Shown here piece by piece: positions 13,450-26,202 of a DNA stretch of 64,000 nucleotides (its first letter is position 1; the number at the start of each line of letters is the position of its first letter). The notes below the pieces were generated by a model. The model had not been told where the DNA came from, ran no database searches, and saw only the letters and a list, made by a program, of their open reading frames with translations. The translations under genes were made by a program, and so were the position numbers. Source of the DNA: Octopus sinensis (lineage: Eukaryota); assembly GCF_006345805.1 (NCBI RefSeq), contig NC_042997.1, forward strand, positions 71,362,001 through 71,426,000. Direction: 5' to 3'.

Positions 13450-14476
13450 CTGGTGAATCTCTTAAATCGACTATATCAACCTCGTGTTGGTTAAAAATGT
13501 TGCTGTATAACAAGACATCGGTATCACGAATATGACAAGTCGTCAAAATGTATTTTTCTTTGATTAGCTTAAAGCTGTTTCTAATAATTACCATATAATC
13601 AAATTTAGAGAACTTTATCATATACTAACTTACCTGCTGTTTAAAACTAGATTCTAAATAAGATCGTCAAAATATATTGGCTCATCGATGAAAACATCGT
13701 TTGCATATCTTGTGTAAAAGATAATTTAATAATGCGGGGTCTGTTCTTTAGATGAACTGAACAGGCCATGCTAGATTCAATATACCCAATATACCTAATT
13801 ATTGAAAAGCATATTTAATACATGGAACATTTATTCTCAGAATGGTACATAATATCCAGTGAGACGAAAATAATAGTTGTCCATGGCTATTAAGCATTTT
13901 ATTCATCTTCCCGAGAACTGTAGCAGACGACTGTGTTAGTGCGTAGGATTGTACTGAATAATAAATATCGGAGCGTAACACCGCGCTATCCTTAGGCGTG
14001 AATGAATTACTAAATAAACGTGATTTTAAGTTTTTATCATTGATATACAGAAGAATGCATTAAATATGATATTAAATTTGTAAATCAAAATTTCGGCAAG
14101 TGCACAGTTGTCCCTATACTTATCAAAGGACCCATTAATTTCTTAAAAGTGATCCAATCATTCGTTGTCAAACATTATGTCATTCTAGTTTTAGGGTTTT
14201 CAACATAAGAAGACACACTCATACGCATGCCTGTGTTTACACATGGGATACAAGGTGAAAGAGGAAGAAACGGGGACACGCGTGTATGCGCTGACACGTG
14301 TACTATGCAACTGAATGTAATGTGTATAGAGAGTAAGAAAAATTATCTGTAATGAAAAGCTGAAGACTAAATTACATAGATAAATACTCAGTAACATATT
14401 GTGCCTGCGTATGTGTGTTTATGCATGCGTGTATGTATGTATGTGTATGCGTTTCTATACAAAATGTATACATATA

Positions 14477-14514
<38 letters not shown>

Positions 14515-15959
14515 GTGTGTGTGAACATGTGCATGAATACACAATTTATGTGCACATATATGCTTGTGTGTGTGTGCGTGAGTGTTGCGTATTTATGCAT
14601 ATGTGTGTGTATGAATACATATACACACACATACACATATATATATATACTAACACAAATACATGAGCACATGTATTATATGTATATAATATATATCCAA
14701 ACACACACTCGCACAGATGTCAATATGTATGTATGTATGTCACCGATCTAGGCGGGATAAGTAAACAATGCGATGGAAAAAGAACAGAAATGAAAAAATA
14801 ATTATGAAACGAAAATGGAAGGAAATGAAAGTACAAAAGAGAATAAGAAAGGAAATGTCCTGCTAAATATGGAAGGCAATAGGGATTATGTCCGCCCGAT
14901 GCCTCGTCGCAAGAAAGGATCACCCGCTATGTCACAGAGGAGTGTCCTATAAAAAGAAAACACGAAAAATAAAAATAATTCAGTTTAGAATACATGTCGC
15001 CATTGTCAGACACTTAAAAGTCACTCATGTCTAAACAATGTGTACTGGTGAGGATACTAAACGCGTCATGAGCCGAGAGTGAACTGGGGTGAGAGAATAT
15101 TAAGAAGTAATTCGTTTATCCTGAAATAAAGAAAAAAGTGGAAGAGAGGAGCGAGCATGCGAGAGAGAGGGAGAGAGAGGCGGTAAAAGTGAAAACTAAC
15201 GAACGTTATACAGGCGGAAAAATAGAGTAAGAGAATGTGTAAGCAAAGGAGTGATTAATTATGATTTTGATGCTAGAGGGCATTCTAAGGCGGTAATTAA
15301 ATAAGAACGGTGGAAGGAAAGATACAACTAAAGGAAAAACATGGGATGCAAGGTGAAGAAAGAGAAGTGAAAATGAAAGTAAAAGAAAATCTCATCTATA
15401 TCTTGTTTGTGGATAACATTTACCTGAAAATGGGAATTTAGAGATAATTAATTCTATATTTTTCTAAGAAATTTAAGTACAACGAATTTTATATTTCTCT
15501 GAGAAATACAAATTATTAATTTATTGCATTTCATCTTCTCTCAACAGGTTCTATATTTTCTACATACAGATAGACAAAAGCGCAAAATAAACATTTCCAA
15601 CTCAAAGAAGAAATAGTCGAAATGTTATAACTAGCAGCCATTCAATGAATGTAATTAAAATATGTCTAAATAATGACAATATAGATTACTTCCTTTCAGA
15701 AGGAAAGTTTTACTTGCTTTTAAAGACACATTTTTTCAGCATTTCCCCACTCTTTTCTTTTTTATAAATTCACTTTTAAAAACACTGTTTCCAATGGTTG
15801 AGGTTGTCCGAAGTCTGTGCCTTGATCTTCATGTATATATGCATATATGCCATTGTTGAAGTCAGAAATATTTATATTTCGCAAATATTTCTTGGCCATA
15901 TTTGGTTGAACTAAATGGTATATTTATTGGATTCCTGAGCACTAAATTCTCTTTCTTTC

Positions 15960-15990
<31 letters not shown>

Positions 15991-16019
15991 CTCTCTCTCC
16001 ATCTCTCTCTCTCTCTCCA

Positions 16020-16082
<63 letters not shown>

Positions 16083-16592
16083 CTTCCGTAATGTATACTC
16101 TAGTTGTATATTTATCTCTTACTGGTTGTTCATTTCCAAGTTCACAACATACATCTTTCATATTCCTTGTTTTGTTGATTTATATCTTTCAAATTTGTTT
16201 TGTTTCTATTTTGTAAGACCGATTACGAGAGCATCGGATTTTTTCTATTCCTTTTCCCTTTTTTCAGTTTCTCCATCTCATAAAACAACTGCTGAGTATG
16301 TCGTTTCTATTAATTATTTACTATCATACTTAAGTTATATTGAAATCTTGTTTTCTCTGTACCATATTGTTATAAGATGGTATAGATGTCAGGCGATTTC
16401 GTGTATATTTGCATTTCAGGAATGTTATTAAAACACATGATGTAAATATGTATTCCAAGAATGATGCTAATAGATAAGACATATGTCACCTTAGTTGTAA
16501 TTTATGAATAACCCAGTATTAGTTTACCTTCTACATACAGATATTTCAAACATCAATTCTATGATTTGCGCCAGTACTTCTCGGGATGACCG
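13450..16592 (-). pseudogene. Candidate decayed multi-exon gene of unknown family with very short introns
   Basis: Phase-compatible exons 16592-16528, 16466-16330 (one TAA) and 15910-15774 (open, QPNMAKKYLRNINISDFNNGIYAYIHEDQGTDFGQPQPLETVFLK). GT-AG introns 16527-16467 (61 nt) and 13633-13575 (59 nt). No recognised homology. Confidence 0.3.
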
Positions 16593-16864
16593 CTTGTTTC
16601 AAATCAAAATAACGAATATAGATTCATGTATAGAATTTGCATAATTCACGAATACATACGTATGTACGAACATATGTAGGTACGTATTATTGTCTGTGTG
16701 TGAATGTATGCATGTATGTATATATGTATTTATGTAAGATGAGTCCTTACACTGATGGAACCTATTGGTTTGTCATGGAGATGAGTCTCATAAACCGATG
16801 TTTTATTCCAAAGTAGATTTCTCGCATTTATGATTTGTGTGTGTGTGTGTGTGTGTGTGTTGTG

Positions 16865-17086
16865 TAGAAGGTTGAAAAGGAGCACACGAGTTGATATGTC
16901 TAAGGAAAATAAGACAAGGTAGAAAATACTAATATAATTTTATCATGAAGATCAATTTAGTACCGGTTTCAGTCTTTGCGACTTTTTCAACTTAGAGTAA
17001 AGTATGAAAAACAATTAAATTGTGGAAAAATTAAATCAATTCTTTTTTTAATATTTCCATTGTTTTCAAATGTAATGGACATTTTT

Positions 17087-17142
<56 letters not shown>

Positions 17143-17332
17143 CTCCTCTCTCTCCGCTCTCTCTCTCTTTACTCTTGTGAGGGTTTGGTAGCAGGTAGTA
17201 GCAGCCCTAACATTTGATATGAGTTCTTGGTTCTGATTGTTTAAGCAGCAGTCATAGCTGAGGAAGGAGGCGACGACAACAACGACGACGACGACGATGA
17301 AGAAGAAGGAGGAGGAGCAGGAGGAGCAGGAA

Positions 17333-17365
<33 letters not shown>

Positions 17366-19347
17366 AAGAAGAAGAAGAAGAAGAAGAAGAAGAGAAGAAG
17401 AAGAAGAAAAGAAGAAGAAGAAAAGAAGAAGAAGAAGAAGAAGAAGAAGAAGAAGAAGAAGAAGAAGAAGAAAAATAATAAATTTGCAAGAGTGGTATAA
17501 AAGTAGTAGGATGTTGGTGAAATCCTCTTAAATGGTCAAGTGATCTAAAGGTGACCTGTTGCAGTTGTAATAGTAGTGATCGAAATTGTTCTGAATAAAT
17601 TCATGGGTAGTGACTGTTCTGAACATATTCCCTTGTAATAGTTTGGCCTATGTATTGCTCTCGACACCCAGAACAAGTTAATACATATATTAGGTTCTCG
17701 GAAGGGCATGTTACGTTGTTTTTCACTGTAAAACGTTGGCCGTCTTTGAAAGAGAACTCCGATCCCTCAATTAGGTCGATGCATAAATCACGGTTAGGTA
17801 TTCCGCATTTTTTTACTGACAGCTTGTTGTCGAGTGTACTTGGGCTTGTGTTAGGAGACTTTTCATAGATTTGGGTTGTCATTTGCTCTTTATGATGGTG
17901 TGCGTTTGGAGGAGTAAATTATTTTGTGGTCCCTTTTTAGTAGGGGAATGTTCTGGAGGATGATGTCGAAGGCTTCCTTGTTAAGAGGGTTGTGTGTGGA
18001 GATGTATGGCAGGGCTTTTGGTTGTAAATCCTTCTTTAATTTGAGATGTCTGAGTTCGTGGATGTTGAGCTGTAGGATACGTTGAAAGCCTGTATCAATT
18101 AGTGATGGTGGGTAGTTCCTGGTAATGAGTGTATCCTTTAGTTCATGTAGTCGTGCGTCCCTGGTGCTTGAATTAGAAACTATGGTACAAATCCACATTC
18201 TAGTGTGTCTGAGGTAGCATGAGTTGAACGGTAAATATTGATTGGAGTCCGTGAGCATATAGAATATATCTGTTTCTATTTCGTTGTTAGATTTTTTAAT
18301 GAGGATGTCGAGGAATAGAAGATGTTGATGGCTATATTCCATCATAAATTGAATGTTTACGTTAAGTCCATTTATAAGAGCTTGAAATTCTTTAAGTCTC
18401 TCTATAGTTTCTTGCCAAAGAATGAAACAGTCATACAAATACCTCGTTTTTCCTTTTTTCTGTCTGTGTGTCTCTCTTTTTTACTCTTGTGGGGGTTTGG
18501 TAACAGGTAGCAGGTAGTAGCAGCCCTAATATTTGATATGAGTTCTTGGTTCTGATTGTTTAAGCAGCAGTCGTAGCTGAGGAAGGAGGCGACGACAACA
18601 ACGACGACGACGAAGAAGGAGGAGGAGGAGGAGGAGGAGGAGGAGGAGAGAAAGAAGAGAAAAAATAATAAATAGGTAGAGGGAGAATGGGTTGCCATAT
18701 TTTTCTAGCACCTTACGATAACGACTGATTTCTAGATATCCAATGACTAGGTTAGTAAAGGGAGGAGCCATTCTCGTATCCATCGCAGTCCCCGATTTTT
18801 GTCGATAGAAGTTGTTTTTGAAGACAAAGTAGTTATTCTCCAAGATGAATTTTAACCTGTCTATTACGAATTCTTTTTTGATGCGATGTGGGGGTTCGTT
18901 GGAGTAATTCTCTAGCCAGTATTGAATTGCCTCTATTCCTCTGCTGTGGGGGATATTAGAATAGAGGTTGACTGCATCGAAGGATACTAGTAGGGTGTTT
19001 TTAATTATTGTCTTAGGTGGGTGATTGAGCATGTCTAGGTCGTCCCTTATGTAGCTTTTGACATGCATTAGGAATGGTTTTAAGACGATATCTGAAAAGT
19101 TACTGAGGCAGTGGGTTTCGCATGCGGGACCTGCTATTATAGGTCTTAATTTGAGGTCATTAGGAGTAGGGACCTTGTTTATTATGTCTGTGGCTCTCCT
19201 GCATGCGTTACTCAATGTCGCACTTTTGTGTATCTTAGGAATATCGTAGAATTGACTGGATTTACTCTTGAAGTTAGTCATATAATCATATTCCTTGTCG
19301 GTGAGCTCGTCTCTGTATAGGCTTAATATAGATTTTAGGTTTCTCAT

Positions 19348-19349
<2 letters not shown>
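16865..19349 (-). mobile_element. Penelope-like element (RT + GIY-YIG), 5'-truncated and disrupted
   Basis: RT motifs IPKIHK, LRPII, LVSFDAVNLYSNIPH, YRQKSGTAM, RYLYDCFILW (YxDD mutated). Endonuclease CGIPNRDLC...TCPSENLIYVLTCSGCREQYIGQT. The 3' region carries an HHR and ends in a CA/TG tract. Confidence 0.93.
16957..16994 (-). ncRNA. Hammerhead variant with U3-A8 core in the Penelope 3' region
   Basis: Minus strand taag TTGAAAA agtc-gcaaa-gact GAAAC cg GTA ctaa. Stem I is weak. Confidence 0.6.
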
Positions 19350-19425
<76 letters not shown>

Positions 19426-21934
19426 AAATCATCCTATTGATCCCCATTTCTCTTCAATCGATACCCATGAAAGATTCTCGAAAACTGCGCCACTATTTAA
19501 TGAAACATTCATCAAATATTCAATTCTTCACTTTCCAACATACTGTACATATTCATAACTAATTGTCTGATCTACAAATATGCAAAGTCAACAAAATCAA
19601 ATATCAAAATCAACAAATTTGCTGACAGGTGAACAAGAGTTAAGATAACAACGTTATTACCAAGAGCTAGGCTTTTATTCTAAGACATTATTATCACAGT
19701 CAACTGCTGTAGTCCATTAAATATGTTGTTGCTATTGTTGTTGATTAGCACCCAGATGAGTCCTGATTGAGCACACCGCTGATCAAAGACGTACCAATTC
19801 AATTTTCTTAAGAATAACTCATTCTTAAGAATAACTCATTTATATTTTAAAACTCCAGAGTGTGTATTCAGTGAGATTTGATAGTAACTTCTAACAGCTC
19901 AAGCAACCACATAGTAGTTCCCTATATTTGTGGTTTTACTGGTAGAAGGATCTGTTCTATGGACTATAACTCGATTTTCTCATAAATTTTAATTTATGTC
20001 AACATATATCATGTCTTTATTATTTAAACTGAATGCCAAATGAGCTAAAATAGTGACGCGTTAGACTGGACCAATATCAGACTGTCAATAACTATGTAGG
20101 TTGTGAGGCTTTGCCGAAGAACTAATCTACATCTGATAATTCCAGAAACACTAGAATTGTTTCCTTTTAGCATTATAGTATATAATTGATATTTCTCTCT
20201 TTCTAAGGTGACAAGCTGACAGAGTGCCTACCATCCCTTTTGTCCATCTTTACGCCGGGGGTTGACTTTGCCGTTCATCCTTTCGGAGTCGATAAAATAA
20301 TTACCAGTCGAGCACTGGCGTCGATGTAATTTCTGACCTTGTGTCAAAATTTGAAGTCAGTAGTTCTCCCTTTCTGCCTTCTAAATTGCATAGTAGTAGT
20401 GCTGATTTGCTTGAATTTTTGGATCGACTTACTAACGATAACTAATACACTGCCTAATGAAATGTAATTTTTTTCTAATAAGGTTAAACGTCCTAAGATA
20501 TTTCAGCAATAGAGAATCCGTAACAACGCAGGCATTATTGAAAAAGAATATAGTTGACATATATTTTGATATATGAATATTTCAAGTCAGGCAAAACGCT
20601 TAGAGGCATTTCGTCCATCTTAAGCTTCTGAGTTCAAATTACATTGTAGTCGAATTTGTGTTTATCTTTTCGGGGCTCATAAAATAAGTAGCAGTTTAGG
20701 CGCACCCCCGGAATTGCTGGCCTTGTGGCAAGATTTGAAATCAATATTTCAGATCATAGACAAGATAAAACAGAGATTGAGGCAAGAGTAAGGATTAGAT
20801 TCGAAGTAAAATAAATTTATCGATAGGCAGACAGCGTCTCTGAGCATTTTCGCCTGCCACAGAGTTTTAGTGAGAAAAATATCCCTATCACCGGCTGTAC
20901 CTATACAAATAGTTCTCCAGTAGCAGTCAGTCTATTCAAACAAATTCACGACCATTTCGTTTATAAATGTAAAATTCAAGTATTTTTTGCATCCCAGTAT
21001 GAAGAGATTGCGTTGACATATTTTGTTGGGCGTAAGTGGAAAATGCGTTATGACCTATTGTGTGTTTGAAATCTAAATACGAGAAGTACTAACAATGTTC
21101 TAATTATTTAGCTTACCTTATAGATATTTCGAGCTATATAATCCAGAAACAACACTGTGATCTGTTATGACTTGAAAAAAGGTATATGTGTCAGGCATAA
21201 ATACGGTCTTCTGAGAAGTTTATTTCAGCAATGGCTTATTCTCAGTTTTGTCATGTTTGTGGGTTGTGGTTCGAAACATCAGTAGAATAAAACAGTCATT
21301 TATTCTCGAAAACAATTCGTTCATTGTTGACCGTTTCTTCTGTTCCAATTTCAAATATAAACGTTTCATAACATTTTCTCAAAATCGAGAATTTATTCTA
21401 CAAATTGTTTGAAAATCTTTAATGATTTATTTTATTATATATATTTTTTAATGTACCTTAGTTATTCTGTTATTGATTACATACTTCTTTGACTGTTGTT
21501 ATTTCTCATGAGTATTATTTGAGTTTTTTCGATTCTTTATATAGGCATACTGCGGCGGCTGGAGTTGTTTCATGTTTCGTTTCGTCTTTTGTTTTGTTGA
21601 ATGGCTGCGTTTCTTTTGATGCTTGCCAATGGTCAACATATTAATATGCATGAACATACATACACACATTTACACCCACGTTTGCTTCAGAGCGTGTATG
21701 TATACCGTTTGTAATTACTAATAAGTAAAGGTATTTCTTTATACGTACATATGTATGAATATTGTTTAGTACGCAGACACACACACATACGCACACACAC
21801 AAACACGGCTACACATGCTTACATAGGGCTGAGTGCGTATGTGTATGTGACTGTATGTGTGTGTGTATGTGTGTAAGTATGCATGTATGTATATATGTGT
21901 GTGTATGTATGTATACACACACACACACACACAT

Positions 21935-21982
<48 letters not shown>

Positions 21983-22554
21983 CTGTGTGTGTATGTATAA
22001 CGTGTATGTGTGTACGTGTGTTTATATGTTTACATGTATACATGCGTGTGTATTTTTGTGTGCATATGAAAATGTAGATAAAATGCGGGTTGTTTCCAGT
22101 GTACAAATAGAGATGTAAATTTAGTTGGATGGATTGCGGATATGCCTATCCACGTGTTGTGTGTGTTTGAAAGAAGGAGAATGGGAGGGGGAGGGGGAAG
22201 GAGGAGAGGAAGCCGTTTATATGTGTGTTCTTATATGGTTAAGCTAAAGTAAACACTTCTAAGTAGAGAGCAAACAACGATACAATGTAAAATCTAAGTA
22301 ATAATTAGACAAAAATTGCTTGTACACTCATGCACCGACTAAAAGACATAACACTTTTTTCTGGATTTGTTCAAAAGTTGTACTATTTATTACAAGTTAC
22401 ATTGAGACACCAAACCACTTATGAAAGACAAGAAAAATTTTGTATGGACATCTGCTACGTTGAAACACTATACCATTCATTTATCAAGGACGGAGGGAGG
22501 AAAATATCACAAAACACAAGTGAGTAGAGGGGTTCTTCCCAAAATCCAGATCAA

Positions 22555-22923
22555 ACAAGAGCAATCGGAGAGCGCAAATCTCCGCTAAGTTAACACCAAC
22601 AGTCCTCTCAACGATTAGCATGAGATGATTTTTAAAATGAGAATATCTTAAATAAATTCGAGTGCTCTCACAAACGAGAATACTAAAAGTGAATCCGACC
22701 GCTCACAAAAATTAAGTAACAAAAAACGGAAAAGTAATCCAGAATCCTTGTCCGGTGCCGGATCGATCCCCAAATCTAATCGGTTCGTGCTAGTCGCGAG
22801 GCCAAACATTCCTGAAAGTTTCATCAGAAATCCATCCAGTGGTTCTTGAGATATCTTGTCCACGGACAAAAACAAGACACGACTGAAAACAATACTTCCG
22901 CCTTCGCTAAGTCGGAGGTAATA
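22555..22923 (-). mobile_element. Non-autonomous Helentron-type element (HINE/DINE-1/pearl-like)
   Basis: Minus strand starts attacctccgac-ttagcgaa-ggcggaag (terminal hairpin) and ends gcggagattt-gcgctctccgattgc-tcttgtt (subterminal IR plus hairpin). T-rich target. Confidence 0.6.
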
Positions 22924-23479
22924 AAATCCAGATAAAGATAAAAATTTGGACTGAACTTGTTTGAATATGATTTCTGTTCCGGTTGCCAGACTTATATGAC
23001 CAGTTATTGATTTTTTATACATAAAATTACTATTTTTTCTCCTAAAAGGTTTAATAATCTTCTCCAGATTGAAGAAAATATCCCTACGCTGCCAAGCACC
23101 AACTAAAGCGAAGCAATTCATATTTCTATATGAAACCAACGTACCACAGTTGATGTGTTATTCCACAGCAATAGGTTGGTGCTGTCTTTGTACGTATACT
23201 AATAACTCTTAAAATCTCCTCACAAGTTAATCTTAATTCTCTTCTAGCTGGTTTAATTAATCCACATGTGAAATTGTAGTTGAAAACTTGTTTATGGTAT
23301 TTAAGCAAGATATAGAGCATTGTGTTGATACCTTTAGTTTCATCAGTAAATTTATTATAGGTATCAATGGTGGCTTTCTGGTATTTGCTATTCGTACTAA
23401 CATGTAAGAGCTGGTTATATTTATCCTTATCAACTTCATATATTAGTTTTTACTTCTATCTGAAAATACGAATATATTC

Positions 23480-23800
23480 CTAGCCGTTATTACACTAGCT
23501 GAAATCAGCCAGAGAGCAGAGGAAAATATGTGGCTATGTTAAAAGACCGTTTTAAGAACCGATACTACTCACATATCATCCTTTAGACCTCAACAACGAC
23601 CCGTGCGAAGCGTTCTGGGAACTAAAAAAGAAGGAATACCATGTAACATGAAATGGGATGTGCTGGATAGGTCCAGGCCGTATATCAGAAGAAAAAAAGT
23701 TCTCTTTTCTTAGCTAAAATGTTCTGGATATTACAGGGACTAAAATCCAATAATATATACTTAAACAATGAGAGTAAGATATTCAGCGGATGCTTGCTCA
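23480..23800 (+). mobile_element. Highly decayed Penelope-type GIY-YIG endonuclease remnant
   Basis: Manual translation across frameshifts: FKNRYYSH...AFWELK..EGIPCNMKWDVLDRSRPY...LNNESKIFSGC, matching the FKxRYxxH..WxLK..IxWxI..LNxxSE pattern. Confidence 0.6.
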
Positions 23801-25678
23801 TCGAGCTCTACCTCCTATCGTCAGGAAGATATTGTGAAATAACCACTTTTCAATCCCCAACCAATACGTACCCACCCTAATCAGCTAAGTAAACTAATTC
23901 TACACAAACACACACGCATCAGCCTATACTCATAACAATCTACAAATACTATTTAACAATGATAACGGACTGACACACGTACAAAGTACACACACTTACT
24001 GCACAAGCACATAAACCTAGGGCATAAACAAACATACATAGGTCAACTTGCCAACTCATCAATCACATAACATCTATCGACCAACAATATTTTTATAAGA
24101 AATTTGCACATAAATATAACAGATGTTATGTCTGATCATTTGTGGAGGAATACAGTTAAGATACTAGGTAGAGATTGACAGTGGAATATAAGGCGACTGA
24201 AAATAGGCTGAACAAAATGAACGCCATATGGGAGCCTTTAAGTCTACAACCATAAAAAAGTTAGGCTTAAAACTTGTTTTTATTAACGAGTTGCCCTGCG
24301 AGACAATGAGATAATGAATATAATCGTTGATTACGTGTCAACTGCAATAGCTTATCTAGTGGGTGAGAGTTTATCCCTTGGGCAGTCAAATTATATATAC
24401 TCAGACTGAAGCTGAAGATGAAAGTAGTATCACAAATATTAAGATAACTAGTAACGGTTATCCTTGGTATGGGAAACTAAAAAAATCCATCCCCGTAGAC
24501 CTAAAATTCAAAAATGAATATTAAATTCAGAGAACATTACCGAAATGAGAGGTGCCTGTAGAGAACCGGGGGGTATAGTGACGAAAATGTGTTGGAGACA
24601 GACTGCATGAACCAGAATAGGGTCATAATATAATTAATGTATATGATTCATTTTTAAAAATATCGTTGGGTGTAATTTGATTGTGATAGGACGGGTGATA
24701 ATATTGGGGGTCCATTAACATTCTTGTTGTTGTTGTTATTTGTTTTCTTTAGTATCAGATTAAACTTGACAGAGCAGACATATGACTGAAGGAATTACAA
24801 CCATGACTACCTTAGGAAAGTGTAATTGCTGTTTCTAGCGTGCACTTGTTTTTGCTAGTTGTTGTTTGTTTCGTTGTCATGGAAATAACTGTTGTTCTTT
24901 TTGTAGTATTTCTTCGTCCCTGATTACATTTGACTTATCATTGTAATCAAATGAAACATATTTGATCCTGTTAAATTCTCTGATGCTTTGCTTGTTGTCC
25001 TGAGTAGTCCGAGAAGTTGATTCCAGATAGTAAGGTTAGTGTTCCAGCGGTTCAAGAGTTATGTTCCTGTCCCTTCAGCTTAGATCAAGTAATTATCTAG
25101 ATAACTGATTCTCGGTCATGATTTCGATACTTGATTGTACATAGTTCAACATCACGTCTGCTGCTTATATCTTTGCAAAAAGACACAAACATACACACTT
25201 ATCAGACCTATTTATAGTTAATTGAACAGTGAGTTCATTTCTTTTGCTATCTTCTTCAATATCCTATCCCGTTTCCTTGGGGATTAATCCACAGTTTAAG
25301 ACGGGCTCTTCACTAAACACTGAACAATTCGCTCTCGTTACTGATTCCTGTTCTTGGCAAGAACAGTAGCTTTGCCAAAGTTAATAATGCATCCATTAAG
25401 CTCAGCACCATCTTAGCAAATCTATGGACACCGAATAGTTCCGATGGATCAAGATCAACCGATTCTTTGATTTAAGCCATGATACTATTTTTGTAGCTGA
25501 GAGTAATGACTTGTCAGAAACAGCAAAGTTGCTTGACTAAATAACGTATGAAAAATTTTCCTTCTTTGTATGTACTCAAGATGTTGAACATATTGCTTTT
25601 ATTATTGCGCTAATTGATAATATTAACAGTAGTAACATGGGTGGTTCACAGGTTTAATAGCATTATAAGCTATAAAAG

Positions 25679-26160
25679 ATAAAATCAGAACGAAGTCTTA
25701 AGGATGTAGTGAGCATCTCCCTACTTAAAAATGAGAGCTAAAGTCTCAATTCAACCATCAATCAAAAATATTTGCCATAGATGGTATTAACAATACTAAC
25801 ATCTTATATCGAATATAAACATTCGAATGTTTTTGCTCATAAATATTTTGCACTATGCGTTGCTGGTTCTTGCCGCAAAACAAGCCAGAGCGCTAAAGGA
25901 TTTATAACGTAGCGGATTTGGAACTTTTTGCCCGGTAACTCATACCGAAGAAGGTTAAGGCTCTCGGGCCAACACCTAAAACCATGGTTTATGACTATCT
26001 GAGCGGCATAATCTTTATAGGTATGCTTTTTAATCCTTTATCCGTTTCCTCGCATACTGTTATTTTCTATTATTCTGGTGTCGTCTGGCAGTTGAACTGA
26101 GACTTTAGCTCTTATTTCTAGATAGGTTGATCCTCATTGCATCCGTAAGGCTTCGCGCTG

Positions 26161-26167
<7 letters not shown>
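25679..26167. repeat. Imperfect ~78 bp inverted repeats around a ~335 bp spacer (MITE-like)
   Basis: 25679-25756 (ataaaatcagaacgaagtctt...agagctaaagtctcaattcaac) matches the reverse complement of 26091-26167. Confidence 0.7.

Positions 26168-26200
<33 letters not shown>

Positions 26201-26202
<2 letters not shown>

Noticed and set aside
24408-24445. ctgaaga tga..tca caaa hammerhead-like string downstream of the Penelope endonuclease remnant
   Set aside because: No GAAA and no stem I or III. At best a decayed relic.
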